DNA of 59,602 bases, the filler included, from Jimgerdemannia flammicorona (Eukaryota), in NCBI GenBank assembly GCA_003990765.1. It is 2 parts of 2 records of this genome, joined end to end, with 100 filler letters (N's around TTAATTAATTAA, not from the genome) between each part and the next. Parts side by side here need not be neighbours in the genome. Positions count along the whole stretch, not along the records: positions 1 to 29,772 come from RBNJ01000472.1; 1 more part is not named here. The stretch is one strand, 5' to 3'. This document shows positions 1 to 12,209 of this stretch, piece by piece (the stretch's first letter is position 1; the number at the start of each line of letters is the position of its first letter). The position numbers and the translations under genes were made by a program. Under the pieces are notes generated by a model, which was not told the DNA's origin, did no database searches, and saw only the letters and a list, made by a program, of their open reading frames with translations.

Positions 1-25
1 AAAAAAAAAAAAAAACCACACGTAC

Positions 26-1388
26 AAAATCGATTGTCAGATCGCCTGAGACGGTCGATCCCTTGACCTCGGGCGCCTCGTTCCCGGAATCCAGCTGCAG
101 TTCGACGGGGCCAGAAACGCTCGACAGTTTCAGCTGCTTCCCGATCGACACTCTTCCGTTGACGATCCCACTGACGGTCTGCAAGTCGACACTCGGCCGC
201 GAGCCGGATTCGGGCGCGTCCACTGCCACGTCCACCGATCCGCTGACGGTTTTGACCGTGAAATGCTGCCCTGCCACGAACCTGCCCTGGATGCTGCCTG
301 AGACTGTCTCCAGCCGCACCGACGACGTTGTGCTGCCGTGCTGCCAGTCAGGCCGTTGTTGGATCTCGATGGCGCCGCACACTGTCTTGGCAGAGAGCGA
401 CGTGGTCGCGGAGAGCGTCATAGGACCGAGGGCGCTGTTGACGGTTTCGAGGGAGATGGCGGAGGCACGGAGGTGTTTCTTTAATGAGAGGGAATGGAAA
501 TAGGGAGAAGGATTAGAAACTGGCAGAACAAATCCTGACAAAATTTTGTCGGTTAGTTTTGGAGGAGTCCTACGTTGATGGAAATCTTGCCCGAATTTGT
601 TTTTGCCGAAAAAGACTCCGTAAAGAGCCCCTCCAAATCGTTGATCTCGATATTCTGTCTATTGCTCTCGAGTTGCAATTTTTCGAGATGGTCCAGCGAG
701 ATTGGGATGGTTACCACCATTTCGATATGCAAGTGATCATTGATAACGAATGTGTTATTCCTATTGATCGGTTGCTGTTGAAAGGCAATTTTGAATTAAT
801 AGGAAGATTTCGTAACTATTGCAACTTTGCAAAAGAAGTACGAACATTGTCAGTCATGTCAATAACCAAACTGAAGCTGTTTCTGTCCATGGTGGGCGTT
901 ATCCGCATTCTCCTGAGCGAATCCTCGCAGTCAGCAAAGACGCGGACGGAGACACGGATTTTATCGTCGAAAACAGCAGCATGATCGGCATCGATTTTCT
1001 CGAGCACTTGCTCGTCGCAGTCTTGACAGTCTCCGTAGTCTCTGTAGTCTCTGTAGTCTCCGTAGTCTTCGTAGTCTCCGTAGTCTCCGTACTCTCCGTA
1101 GTCTCTGTAGTCTTCGTAGACAGACGAGTTATCTGACTGAACGATACGGAGGAACCCGACCTGTTTATATCGAAAAACAGAGGTGGGGGATAGAGGTGCG
1201 GGTTTGTGTGATGATTAGAGTTTGAACAAATAATGTATCCGATATTTCTACCAACAGAAGAAGCGTACCCCGATGGTAGTCAGTTTGAAAACGAGCGATT
1301 TCAACCCCGAGACGTCCACTTCCAAATCATCGTTGTGCACCCTGTGGAGACGCTTGGAGCCGCGGTATTCAATGTCGGTAGTGACCAT
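26..1388 (-). CDS. DUF4097/putative adhesin-like beta-repeat protein, multi-exon, 3' end runs off the window
   Basis: Manual splicing of GT-AG introns (exons ~1388-1268, 1160-846, 775-574, 478-26) gives repeated (K/E/Q)TxSGxI/V turns (KTNSGKISIN, ETVSGSIQG, KTVSGSVDV, QTVSGIVNG, STVSGDLTIDF), typical of DUF4097. The ORF 63..503(+) is its antisense shadow. Start codon uncertain. Confidence 0.65.
1029..1118 (-). repeat. 9-bp coding tandem repeat (GACTACGGA-like, ~10 units) encoding D-Y-x
   Basis: Plus strand shows repeated tccgtagtc/tctgtagtc/ttcgtagtc; the minus-strand exon reads YEDYRDYGEYGDYGDYEDYGDYRDYRDYGD. Confidence 0.9.
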
Positions 1389-1638
1389 GTTTGTGTGTGC
1401 AAGATGTTTATTCAACCGTAGAAATGGACGCAGTAGAAGGCGCAAGATAGCGAAAACGATTACGGCAAAGTGCTACTGAAATTCCGAAACTAGTCTCTTA
1501 AGAGAAACGAATCTGGATTCTTAGATAAAGGATTTCTCTCACCCTTTCTATCCTCCCATCCGATGTGCCCACCAGTCCAAATTCTAGGTCCTATTCGGGC
1601 TTTTTTTTTTTTTTTTTTTTTTTTTTTGGTTTCGAGGG

Positions 1639-1689
<51 letters not shown>

Positions 1690-2460
1690 TCGGGCTTCGA
1701 AGGGCGTTTTTTGTTTTTTTTTGTTTTTTTTTGTTTTTTTTTTCATGTGTTTCAAAACAAAAAATCCTTTGTGCTTGTGGGTATTTATCCTCAAGATGGT
1801 GAGACACAAACTAGACATCACGAGGTATCAGTGCAGCAAGCTCAGCTCTTTGTTCGTCTGTCGCGCATCGTAAAAATAAAGTCGTATACTTTTGCATACA
1901 TGCATGGCTTAAATGTGCGATATGGTGCTCAAACGTATGCCACAGATACTGCTTGAGATTTTGTGAAGCATTTCAACATACTACACCCCAAAGCCAAGGA
2001 GCATAATCATAGAGCGCCGCGCTGGAAACCTTGTGACAAGGAGTTCACTCCTTGCCAATCGAGCCTTCCACATCTTCCTTTTCGCCTTTGTTGTTCCTCC
2101 CTCCTTGTTTCTCGCAAAATCTTTGTCTGTTGGCCTTCCTGCAGCTTACTTTAACTCTAGCTGACGTGGCGATACCTATCCATGGGTTTTCGACTTTCCA
2201 GCTCACAAGTATGTCGCCTGCCTATGGTTTCATTTGACAAACAGCAATGCATACTCTCCAAGTGAGACTTTACAAAACGAGCAAAAATTCATTTTGCATT
2301 TTTGCATCTGAAAGAAGTGACGAAAAGCATGAACAGTCAACGTAATCGCACAAAAATGAAATACGTTTTTGGCATCGCCATCCTTCTGCCAGACCATACA
2401 ATCGTTTGTTTGTTTGTTTTTTCTATTATTAAGTATATTCGTGGGTAACCTTTCTCTACC

Positions 2461-4200
2461 TCACTTATAATATTTCGCCTCGACGAACGGCATCTTAACA
2501 ACCCGCGCCGACTGGTCTTTCCCCCTGACCTTGACGACGAGAGGCGTGCCCAGCTTGTGCTGCCCGTCGGCGACATAGCCCATGGCGATGTTCTTCTTGA
2601 GGCTGGGCGATGGCCCGCCCGAGGTGACGGTGCCGACTCGGTTACCGTCAGGTGTGAGAATCTCGGCGCCTTCGCGCGCCGGCGCGCCCTCGACAATGAG
2701 GCCCACACGGCGACGCGTCACACCGTCTTTAATCTGAGGGAGGATGATCGAGGAGCCGAGGAAGCCACCCAACTGGCGGCGGCGTTTGGCTGTTGGGAAA
2801 AGGTTGCATGTATGAGATGTTTTTGCAAGAGGGTTAAGCGTCAGCGATAATATGATATACTGTCTCACCACAAATCCAACCCATCACCCGAACAGCTCTC
2901 TCTAATCAGTTTCGCCTACCCACCTATCGTCCACGTCAACCCCGCCTCGACCGGAGTGATCGTATCATCCAAATCGTGCCCGTACAGACAAAGCCCGGCC
3001 TCAAGACGCAAGCTATCGCGGGCGCCTAGCCCCGCCATTTCAACGCCTGGGTAGCGAAGCAGAGCCTCGGTGATGAAGACGATCTCTGGGGTGGGAACGG
3101 AGATCTGTGTACATAGCAAAAAGGGATGTGTGAAGATCTCAAGAGATCCATGTATGGAGAAAGAGGGCGGGAAAGAAAGAAAAGGGACATACCTCGAAGC
3201 CATCCTCGCCCGTGTAGCCGGAGCGCGCAACGTGGCACTCGACTCCGTTGAGCTTGAGAAGGCTGCCTGTCATGAACTTGAAGTCGGTCAGATCCTGACC
3301 GACGAGTGTTTGGAGGGCTTGGGCGGCTTTGGGGCCTGGTTTTGGAAGGGGAACGGGAGGACGGTTGGAGATGCATTTTGTGGATCTTTAAAAAAATTGA
3401 CACATATAACAGCCGAAACTGAAATCGTCCCGATTACATTAAATGGGCCTCCCTCAACTCACCCTGTACAGCAATCAACGAATGATCGGCAATAACATTG
3501 AACTCGACGTCTCCCCCCTGATCCTGGAACTTCTTCAGGTGTGCGTGGATATGCGCAAGGTCCTTGTCGGCGCACCCGGCATTGGACACGACATAGAGCG
3601 AGTCGTGCTGTTGCATAATGACAGTGTCGTCGATGATGCCGCCCCGCTCATTCGTAAATACCGACAGCGTCGCGTGGCCCACGGGGAGGTTCTCCAAGTC
3701 TGCCACAACAAGCGTCTCAAAAAAACGGTTGCGGTCTTTTCCGATAAGCCTGCGGGGATGAATGGGAGGTCAACCCCGCTTATACCACTTCAACGTAACA
3801 TGCCCTCCTTTTGGACCCACGTCTGCCCTCTCTCCCCAAACCTACCTAGTCTGCAACATATGCGACACGTCGAAGATGGACGCGCCTTCCCTCGTGTGCA
3901 GATGCGACGCCAGTACGCCCAGACCCGAGTACTGCACGGGCATGGAGTACCCCGCGAAGGGGACCATCTTCCCGCCGTGCTTGACGTGGAAATCATAGAG
4001 CGCCGTCTTCTTGAGAACCTATTTTTGAAGGGGGAGGAGGAGGGGGAGAGAGAGGAAGGAGTTCGATCAACCTCCTGACGTGAATTTCACCAGTGCAACA
4101 CATGGCACATACGAACCTCGGAGGCGTAGGCACGGGATGCCAGGCGAGCGGCAGACCTTAGGGGCAGGACGGGGAGCCTGTGAGAGATGATGGAGGCCAT
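2461..4200 (-). CDS. GCV1: Glycine cleavage system T protein (aminomethyltransferase), mitochondrial, ~6 exons
   Basis: Arg-rich targeting peptide [27 protein letters not shown]; conserved motifs [20 protein letters not shown], [64 protein letters not shown] introns. Confidence 0.96.
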
Positions 4201-5176
4201 TGATCTCGCAGTGGGTTTGAGGGATAGGTGTCGCGTCGATCGTTTGTTGTGTTACAGCGTTCCAGCATTAAAAAAAATTCGAGACATAATTATCATGTGA
4301 TCGAGCTCCCGAACCTCGACTGTTGTAATTATGTTAATTATGTCCAACTACGCGACCCAGAAGCATTGCCGCCAATAGGGTCATTAGCCATCATTAACCA
4401 GAATCCTTGAGCGGTAAGCGAAAACAGAAATGTATTGGCAGACAATCACCCAAGAGTACATCGAAAAGCGCCCATCTCAATAATAACCAAACAGGAAGCG
4501 AAAAAGAAATGCACTTGAAAACGAAATGGCAATTAATTATATTGATAATGTGTGTGGAATCGAGAAGTTTCATCTATATAAATTTAACATCCCTTTGGCA
4601 GATCACACCGGAGATACCCGGTCAAAGAGTCTCCAAGTATTGCATCTATTTGTAGTGTGAAAATGTGCAAGTTGAGCAAGGGAGCGGCCGAAGCATTCTC
4701 ACAAAACAAAAATCAAAGCATCACCTCACCTCTTGCATGATTCACTCTATGACTCACCATTGCACACGACTCCTTCTGCGAGTTCGCTTCGATCCATTCA
4801 CTTGACATAGCCAATCCGACGTTCCACACAAGGACCAACATTTCGAATAGTAGCTCGGAGACCGCTTCGAATTCACCAAATCCCCGAGATTCACGCCACG
4901 AACTCTCGCTCCGTTGGTCATGGCCTGAAAGAGGACGTTGATGTACGAGTTCGAGTCCAGCCTTCGAGCACAAGATGGCGTCGGTTCCGAGGAAGATTGG
5001 CGATGTGTGATTTGAGAGCCAAAAAGTATGGACGCCAATCCGTGTCGGGGGAGAATGAAAGTGAAGGTTGGGTCGAGCCCGTGTCGGGCGTCTGCGTCGG
5101 ATCAAGGCTGCAGTATTCATTGGTGTTGTCTCCCGATCCATCCCATAATTCGGAAGGCCGACGCGTCGATGAGATT

Positions 5177-5370
5177 GTATCCAAGGAAAGCCGGTGCTGA
5201 TAGAACGAATAATACCAGGATCGAGGAGAGCGTATCAATGGAATTACATCCAAAGCAGGCCGGTTCCGGAAGCCCCGAGATCGAGAGGGGTGCGTCGATG
5301 GCGATAAAAGTGCATCCAAAGAAGGCCGGTTCCGGAAGACCCGAGACCGAGAGGGTTGCGTCGATGGGAG
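5177..5370. repeat. Imperfect ~66-bp tandem repeat (two good copies plus one degenerate)
   Basis: catccaaagcaggccggttccggaagccccgagatcgagaggggtgcgtcgatg recurs as catccaaagaaggccggttccggaagacccgagaccgagagggttgcgtcgatg; a separate three-copy tcctgctccaac motif follows at ~5405-5495. Confidence 0.8.
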
Positions 5371-6035
5371 GCGCGTCGATGGGGGTGCAAGCGGAACCCA
5401 TGGACGCATATCCTGCTCCAACGGTGAGGGTGAGCGTACATACAATTCCTGCTCCAACAATGAGCAGCATTCATACATATCCTGCTTCCAACATGAACGT
5501 GAACACATGAAAGAGTTCTCTGTGATTGTTTGTGGAAGTGTTGGAACCAAGAGTGGTAGCATCGAGTGGCTCGTTGAAGGATACAAAGCTCCGTCGACGC
5601 CCGTTGGTCGCCATCGCCGCCTGGCCATGCTTCGATGTTTTCTAGAAGGACAACCCTTCTAAAGAGCTCGCTATACTGGGGATGGATTACATAGTCTGGG
5701 TGTAGGTCTGGAGGCATGAAGTTAGCAGGTATAGCCATGCTATCGGGCTCGACTTGTGTAGCCTCAGCGCTTCTCTCTGATGTTGGGTGCAAATCCACTG
5801 ACTGCTGTGGCGAGATTGTTTCGTGGCTGTCGAATCCTCGGCAGGGCTTCTTGATCCTCTTGCATTCTGTACAGGCGGTGCCAGGTCTGTTCCTTTTATC
5901 GGGGGTTCTGTTGCAATGGAAACACGCTCTCTTCCTCCGGCGGCATTCGGAACAGGGATTACTCTTTGTTCTCGAGCGTGAGGCGGAACCAGCTTCCGGG
6001 CGGTGAAGCGACGGAATTTGGGCTAGGGGAATCAT
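5244..6035 (-). CDS. Protein with Zn(II)2Cys6-like finger with extended loop (copy A); gene structure uncertain
   Basis: CSECRRRKRAC-x16-CTECKRIKKPC = CX2CX6C..CX2CX6C; TATA-like TATAAAAAAG upstream (~6165-6173); paralogue at 19083. Confidence 0.6.
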   Translation of the reverse strand: MIPLAQIPSLHRPEAGSASRSRTKSNPCSECRRRKRACFHCNRTPDKRNRPGTACTECKRIKKPCRGFDSHETISPQQSVDLHPTSERSAEATQVEPDSMAIPANFMPPDLHPDYVIHPQYSELFRRVVLLENIEAWPGGDGDQRASTELCILQRATRCYHSWFQHFHKQSQRTLSCVHVHVGSRICMNAAHCWSRNCMYAHPHRWSRICVHGFRLHPHRRASHRRNPLGLGSSGTGLLWMHFYRHRRTPLDLGASGTGLLWM

Positions 6036-6185
6036 CGGAGATTTCCATCAGCGGGGAGAATTCATGAGTGGGAGGGTCGGGGGGGAGGGGGGGGGGTGGT
6101 TTGCTATTGTGCGATGGTTTACTAGTGTGCGGTGGTTTGCGCAGTTCTGGATTGATCCTGGGTCTTTTTTATACTCACGATGAGA

Positions 6186-6339
6186 GCGGTTCCGCCTGTC
6201 AAACGTCCCACATAACGGTTTCGCCTTGCCAAGCACCCCAATATCGTTTCCGCCCCTGTTTGAACTTCTTCGCTTCTGGAGGGGCCTGGTTCCACACATC
6301 CGAAACTGGCAAAATCTGAATGTCCATCGCGGTTCCGCC
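6186..6339 (-). promoter_or_regulatory. Cluster of four GGCGGAACCG-like motifs upstream of Zn-cluster gene copy A
   Basis: Motifs at 6186, 6216, 6245 and 6329, conserved in order in the paralogous promoter at 18873-18979. Confidence 0.5.
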
Positions 6340-7193
6340 TTTTGCCCTAACCATCTAAGTTGGATATATTGAAGCACGCCACAGTAACGACATACTCGGT
6401 CGTATAACCACATGTTGATCAACACACAGCCACAACGAACTAACCTCCCCTGGTCGCCCAGAGCGTCGTCGTTGTATACAATACTTTGAAAGTAAAAGCT
6501 TAAGATAGAAACAACCTCCTCCCAGAAACCAATAATTTACATACCACCGAAGTAGTTGGACAACTTAGCGAGATCGGCAATTGCCGGAGGATAACCATAC
6601 CACAGGAGACGCACCCGCTTATAACGCAACGAGCGAAAATATCCACATTCGGCAATGGCCAAATCAAATATGCGGCGATGCATCGGAATATTACTGGCGA
6701 ATTCGTTCTGGGCTTCTGCTGCACAGAGGGCCGCCGACATGCTCACGATTCTTATCAACCTATGCCAGTTCTCCGTCGACAATGACGAACAGGCGCGTGC
6801 GGAAATGGACCTCAGTGCCGGTATCAATTATACAAACAATTCATTGACCGGTTGAAAAGAAGTTCAAAAAAAAAAAAAAAAAACTCTTTGTTTTGCCTCT
6901 TGTGAAGGGTTGGGCGTGTATTGCTCCTTTCCATATGTTCCCTGGTAAACGAGGACATCGCGTCCGTGGTTTACCCTTCTGCTTTGCATCTGAATCAGCG
7001 CGTTGAATCACTTTAGGCAGAAAGGAAGGTCAACAACAATTATGTTAAGAGAAAGAGGAAAGAGTAAACGCGTGAACTAAATACCAAAGAAAAAAAGGGG
7101 TGCAATGTTGTACAGTAGAGTTATTTACAAGCGATATTCATAAAACCGATCTAGCCAATCCGACATATTTCACACAAAGTCCATCCCACTTTT

Positions 7194-8562
7194 TTATACA
7201 TCCCGCACCCTTCCCACCTCCAACCTCCCGCCATCCCCATCAGCTACGGCCATCTCATAGTCTGGCGGCGCTTCTCCGTGTTCTGGCCCTATGGCCTGCA
7301 CTCTTCCAGCGGCCGCATAGGGAGCCGGATCCTCAACCCTGCGCAACCTCGATTTCGGGGCAGGCACGCGGAGGAACCCGTCGTTTTCATAAAAGCGGTC
7401 GTAGTCGCCCACTTCTACCATGGGCGGGTGGGTGGGCGGTACGACGACGATGATGGGGATGTCGGCTCTGCCAGACGTCCCCGCCCCGGCACTTCCGCCA
7501 CCGTAATCGTCGTCGTCGTCATCGTCTATAGTAATTCTAACGTCGAACCGGCTCGTCCCAGCGCCAGCCCCGTGTCCGTCCTCTGTGACGTCGAGCGGCC
7601 CCTCGGACTTGAGTTTCCCGTTACCAATCGTCTTGAGCTCGATCGCGTCGTTGTACTTGGGTGGTATTGCGGTTGGGGAGCGGATCGGCAAGCCGCCAGG
7701 GTCGACGGGCGAAGTCGGGTCCTGACCGTCACCGATGAGGATGACAGCGTCGTGAGTTGAGCCCTCATAAGCTGGGAGAGCCTCCACTTCGACCTCGGAG
7801 TCGGCCTGTCGAATATGGATGACATAGTCGTGCTGGGATTGTATGGGAGAGCGCTTGAGGACCACCCACTTAATCTCGTAGGTACTGATATCATTGCGGT
7901 TGAATTCATTCAGGAGGTCGGAGAGCATCGGACCAAGCTGATATTTGGAGGAGGGGAAAGCGTGTCACTCGCTATACCGGTTTGAGCGGGCTAATCCCGC
8001 ATCGAAAGTCCTCCCTCATTAAAGCCTTTCTTGATTGTTGAAATCGTCACCATGACTCGACCTCCACCAAAAATCCAATCAAACAACTTACCATATCTAT
8101 CCGTTCATTCTCTCTGACCTTCAGCCTTTTCAACAGCACAAAACTGCCCACGACGGGCAGAACTAGCACGACGGCCGGGATAGCAACAAATGCTCCTGCA
8201 AATGCGTGCACGAGACCGACGGCGATAGACATTGCGACGATGAGCATCATGAGCAGAACGCTAGCGGTAACTGTGGTGAACTCGAACCAGGGGAAGGGGT
8301 GGCCCCGGACGAGAGCGTAGTGGATGGTGGCGATGCGAGAGCGGAAGTGGTCTCGCGAGATCTAGAGGGAGAGGAGGGGGGAGGGGTGGGCACGGTGAGG
8401 TGAATGTATCGTGGCTTTTGAATGCGACAGACAGACTGACAGACAGAAAGGACGTACAAAGGTGCGTAGGTGGCCATATGCCTCGATCCTCTCGACGTTG
8501 AAGGAGGGAGTCAGCCACATTGAGTGGCAGTCGAGAGGGAAGGCGGCGATAGGGTCAGACAT
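7194..8562 (-). CDS. Membrane protein with ERF4/GOLGA7-like N-terminal region, hydrophobic hairpin and PY-motif tail; 3 exons
   Basis: Spliced product MSDPIAAF...ISRDHFRSRIATIH...(two hydrophobic segments)...LSDLLNEFNRNDISTYEIKW...LPAY...PPKY...PAPY...PPDY; GT-AG introns at ~8455-8362 and ~8091-7938. The family call is by visual resemblance only. Confidence 0.6.
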
Positions 8563-8869
8563 GGGCAGAAGGAAGTGACAGTGGTTGGGTTGTGTCAGTT
8601 GGACATGGTCAAGGTCTAGACCACAAAAATAAACAGCTCACACGTGTGGCGGAGTAGGGAACGGAGATCAAGTGGTCTTGTGATACACATATCGGTCTCA
8701 AACTCCGAGCTTGTCGGAAATGACAACCAAGTCGACCGAAACCTTCAAAGACGAGCTTACAAAACCAACTTTTCCAGTGTTCATCAAACTGCCATGCCAA
8801 TACCTTCCTGCGTTTTGCATGCCAGCGTTATAAATTAACCAGGTTGAGGTCGAGCCAATTAAAAATTGA

Positions 8870-9360
8870 CATAAGAGTATATATATATAAACTAAGCCTC
8901 TTTTTAATTGCAAATCCTCTTTAATAACAAATAATATTGAGTCAAAACAAAAAACAAAAAACAAAAAACAAATAATATTGATTATATTATATTAGCATTA
9001 ATAATCACTATATTTTGGGCTTTAGTTTAAAATAAAAGAATAAAAGTATAAATTCTTAGAAATAAAATAAAATATAATAATTAAAGTTAATAAAATAGTT
9101 AGTATTATATAAAAGTATTATAAATATTACATTTTAATATAAATAATTAAATTAATATAAGAACTTCTTTAATATATTATTAAGTTTGCTTATATTATAT
9201 TTGTTCAACTTATAAAGTTAAAACTCAACCAGAGTTGACTAAAAATTAATTAAAATTTATTATTAAAATATTACCATTAAGCTATTATTATTATTCATCA
9301 TTTTATAAATTATCATATTTTATCTTTTAGCAATTTATTATCTTTCAATTACAGTATTAT
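8870..9360. other. AT-rich, CpG-free island; probable mutated transposon relic
   Basis: Abrupt shift to very high AT with TpA excess, resembling the decayed elements elsewhere in the window; no recognisable domain. Confidence 0.4.
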
Positions 9361-9459
9361 ATATCCAATATTGATGATTACGTGACATAGTTAGCTTGGT
9401 CGACTGGACTTCATTGCAATTATATCACTTCTCCAAATGATATTTGCAAAGTTAGTATA

Positions 9460-11378
9460 TCACCCCATTATTTTTGTCTTAATTTTCTTGAAGAATTCGA
9501 TTATGGTGGCCGCGTGACCTTGCGACCGGTATTCAGCAGTCCTGATATGATTTTGAAAGACAATTACATTGAGCAAAGCAAAAAGTTGAACTCAATAGGA
9601 TTTTCGTGTTACTTACTCTGTAACAGACATTTCCTTCTGGAAACAAATGATGTCTCCATCCTGAATTTCGGACTGTTGGAACGTTGCTGATGTCTTCATG
9701 GCTTCAATCATGCTGGGCTGGATTTCCTTTAAACGTTCAATTTGTAAGATATCAATTGCTGATGCTTGCTCAACCATACTCCAGGCGCGTAATCTAAATA
9801 CGTCAACATGTATATAATTAACTTACCTCGAACAATTTCAGCACAGTGTTCCACGGGAATCCTTTCTTCTTGTTTAAGATCGGGATGATATCGCAAACCT
9901 TCTCATTCGGCTGCACATAGAGCTTGCCGCAACCTCTGTTGACACGCATTATCCAAGGCCATATCTGATCAAGTGCTTTTGGCACGACTATAACAAAGTA
10001 GCAACATCATGAGATAAAATGCTCTACTAACTCAATTGTCTGTGTCTTCGGGTCAAAGTACTTGATAAAGACCATCAGATATGGGCTGGTGAATGTACCC
10101 TCTGGAGGCCAGAGTTTACTGTCAATCGGCTTATCAACCACCTCGAGATAGAGTCGCAGGGTGCTCTGGTAGGCGCGCGGTTTGTTTTGTATGATTTCCA
10201 TTGCTATAAACCAATGATTTAACAAACACTGTGTTAGTACAAGCCTTTTATGATGCCTGAAACCAATGCCCGACAGCCGCCTTCATTTGGAGGAAAGGCG
10301 AACAATTAAAATAAATAAATATCCTAACACTCACACAAATTGGCTTCTGCCTCCAGGATTGGTTGGTCAGGCCTGACCGTCCGATTTTGTCGGTCGACCA
10401 TAATCCATAACCTGAATCTGTTGACCGGGAGCTGGAAATGGTTTGCGACTGATTGCTTGAAAACTACAAATGGCTCCTTCTTCTTTACGAGAAAGGATGG
10501 TATTTGTGACGGCATCGTCCTATCGTCAAATATCGCCAGATCGAAACCTTGATGCACTTTGAACGTCTCGTCCGTTATTATCTGGAGCAAATGATCGCAC
10601 ATGTAATAGATATTGTAGTAAGGGAACTAGACAACTGGTGAGTGCAACTCACCTTGACAGTTAGATGCACTTTCTTTTGCTGGTCCCGAGGGGCCTTCTG
10701 CTCGTCAGTATACTTTTCTAGAGTGGATCGTTCGGGACGGGGGGCCGCGGGTGGTGTGGAGAGCCAGAAAACAACGTTTAAACGTGAAAAGTAGTGTAGG
10801 TATGATGATGGCGTCGAGCGGCAGATCCAAAAGAGATGTGAAACAAGATGGGAGTAAGGAGAGCAGGCAGGGTGCACTCACAACACTCTCTCCTCATTAG
10901 ACAACTCCGTGCCGACCATTCAATGATTGCGTGTTGCTCTTCGCTTACCATACTCGCCGGGGAGACTCTTGGCTGTCTTCAAAGCTTCAACCCATCTCAT
11001 TATTCTTCTCGCTGGTCCAAATGGAACTCCCCTTTCCTCAAGTTCTTGTTGCGTCAGCGTGAGGAGGTCCATGCCGGCGAGTTCTTGCCGGCCAAAAACT
11101 GCGATGTTTTCGGGGGTGAGTTGGTAGATATCGCTCTCTTCAGTGAGAAATTGGATAACATCATCGGCGCTCCATGTCTTCATGACTGAGGTGGGAACAC
11201 TTCCCGAAGACTATAAAGCCGTGACAGAGCGATGAATTTATAATGGGTTGTTAGAACTACAAATGCAGAAAACCTTGAAGGACCTGTACGTTGTGATATA
11301 TATACCACAGTCTCTATCGTTGTATTTTTTTTTTTTTTTTAACCATAAATGGTGTGATTGGATGATTTAACATACCAT
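9460..11378 (-). CDS. SAM domain fused to USP7/Ubp15 C-terminal UBL1-UBL2 region; no MATH or catalytic domain
   Basis: SAM: WSADDVIQFL...QELAGMDLLTLTQQELEERGVPFGPARRI. USP7 UBL: HLTVK|IITDETFKVHQGFDLA...RFRLWIMVDRQNRTVRPDQP...LRLYLE...MVFIKYFDPKTQTIEGCGKLYV...LKLFEEI.PSMIE.MK...SEIQDGDIICFQK. Intron phases reconcile without frameshift; TGA stop at 9462-9460. The ATG micro-exon at 11378 is inferred. Confidence 0.8.
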
Positions 11379-12209
11379 CTTTGTTACGAGCAGAAGTGCA
11401 GATATTATGTTGGGAGACGCAACGTTGTGAACGTGTGAAGAAGGTCAAGAGCATCGGTAAGAGTTTTCAGTCACTCGTAAAGCGATCTATCAAGACCAGA
11501 AGTCGAGTACGCACTCTCCAAGGCAGAAGAGGTATCGCAGGATAAAAGAGGTTCGAGGGTCAAGTAAAGAAGGTTGTAGGATTTGTTAGACGTCATCGAC
11601 GTCATGATGAATCTGGTGGCTTTGCTTATCCCACGTGAAAATAGAAAAGTGGTATGTATAAAGAGATTCAATTCAATTCAAAATAAAATAAAATAAAATA
11701 AATAGAGTTAGATATTTTGTTATCTTCTTGATAAATATGAATATTTTAAATATTATAAAATTAATTAGTAATATCTTTTTAATAATTTTAAATAAATATA
11801 AATAAATAAATAACCTTTTAAATTAAACTTTTTTAATTAAGTAATATAATATATTATTAATTTTATAATTTTTATTATTTATTAACCATATTAATTATTT
11901 ATATTAAAGAAAATTAAAATTATATTAATTAATAAAATATAAATTAATAATATATTTTATAATAAATAATTATTAATATTATATTATTAGAATATATAAG
12001 TTTTAAATAATATTTATTTAAAGTTTTAAAGTTAAACCTAATAAATAAATAAAATATAATGAGTATATCAAAAATTGATAAAAATTTAATATTGTATAAT
12101 AATATTATATAATACCTATCTATGATATTATAAATAATATTACTATATTAAGAGTCTAAAAAAAAAAAAAAAAAAAAAAAATTACTATATTAACTTTGAG
12201 ATTTAGTAA

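Noticed and set aside
1029..1118. Possible CRISPR-like array (also 5177-5370 and 13765-13880)
   Set aside because: Contiguous repeats without unique spacers, a eukaryotic context and no cas genes.
1490..1873. Poly-Lys/poly-Phe ORFs (also 20292-20589 and 22679-22957)
   Set aside because: Artefacts of long A/T homopolymers in intergenic or intronic DNA.
3443..4078. Long plus-strand ORFs overlapping GCV1 (similarly 7278-7760 and 27090-28342)
   Set aside because: Antisense shadows of GC3-rich coding exons.
6500..6855. Short overlapping ORFs between Zn-cluster copy A and the PY-motif gene
   Set aside because: No recognisable motif or consistent splice structure.
9460..10720. Calling this locus the organism's USP7/UBP15 gene
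   Set aside because: No MATH or catalytic Cys/His boxes, and no UBL3-5, are present.
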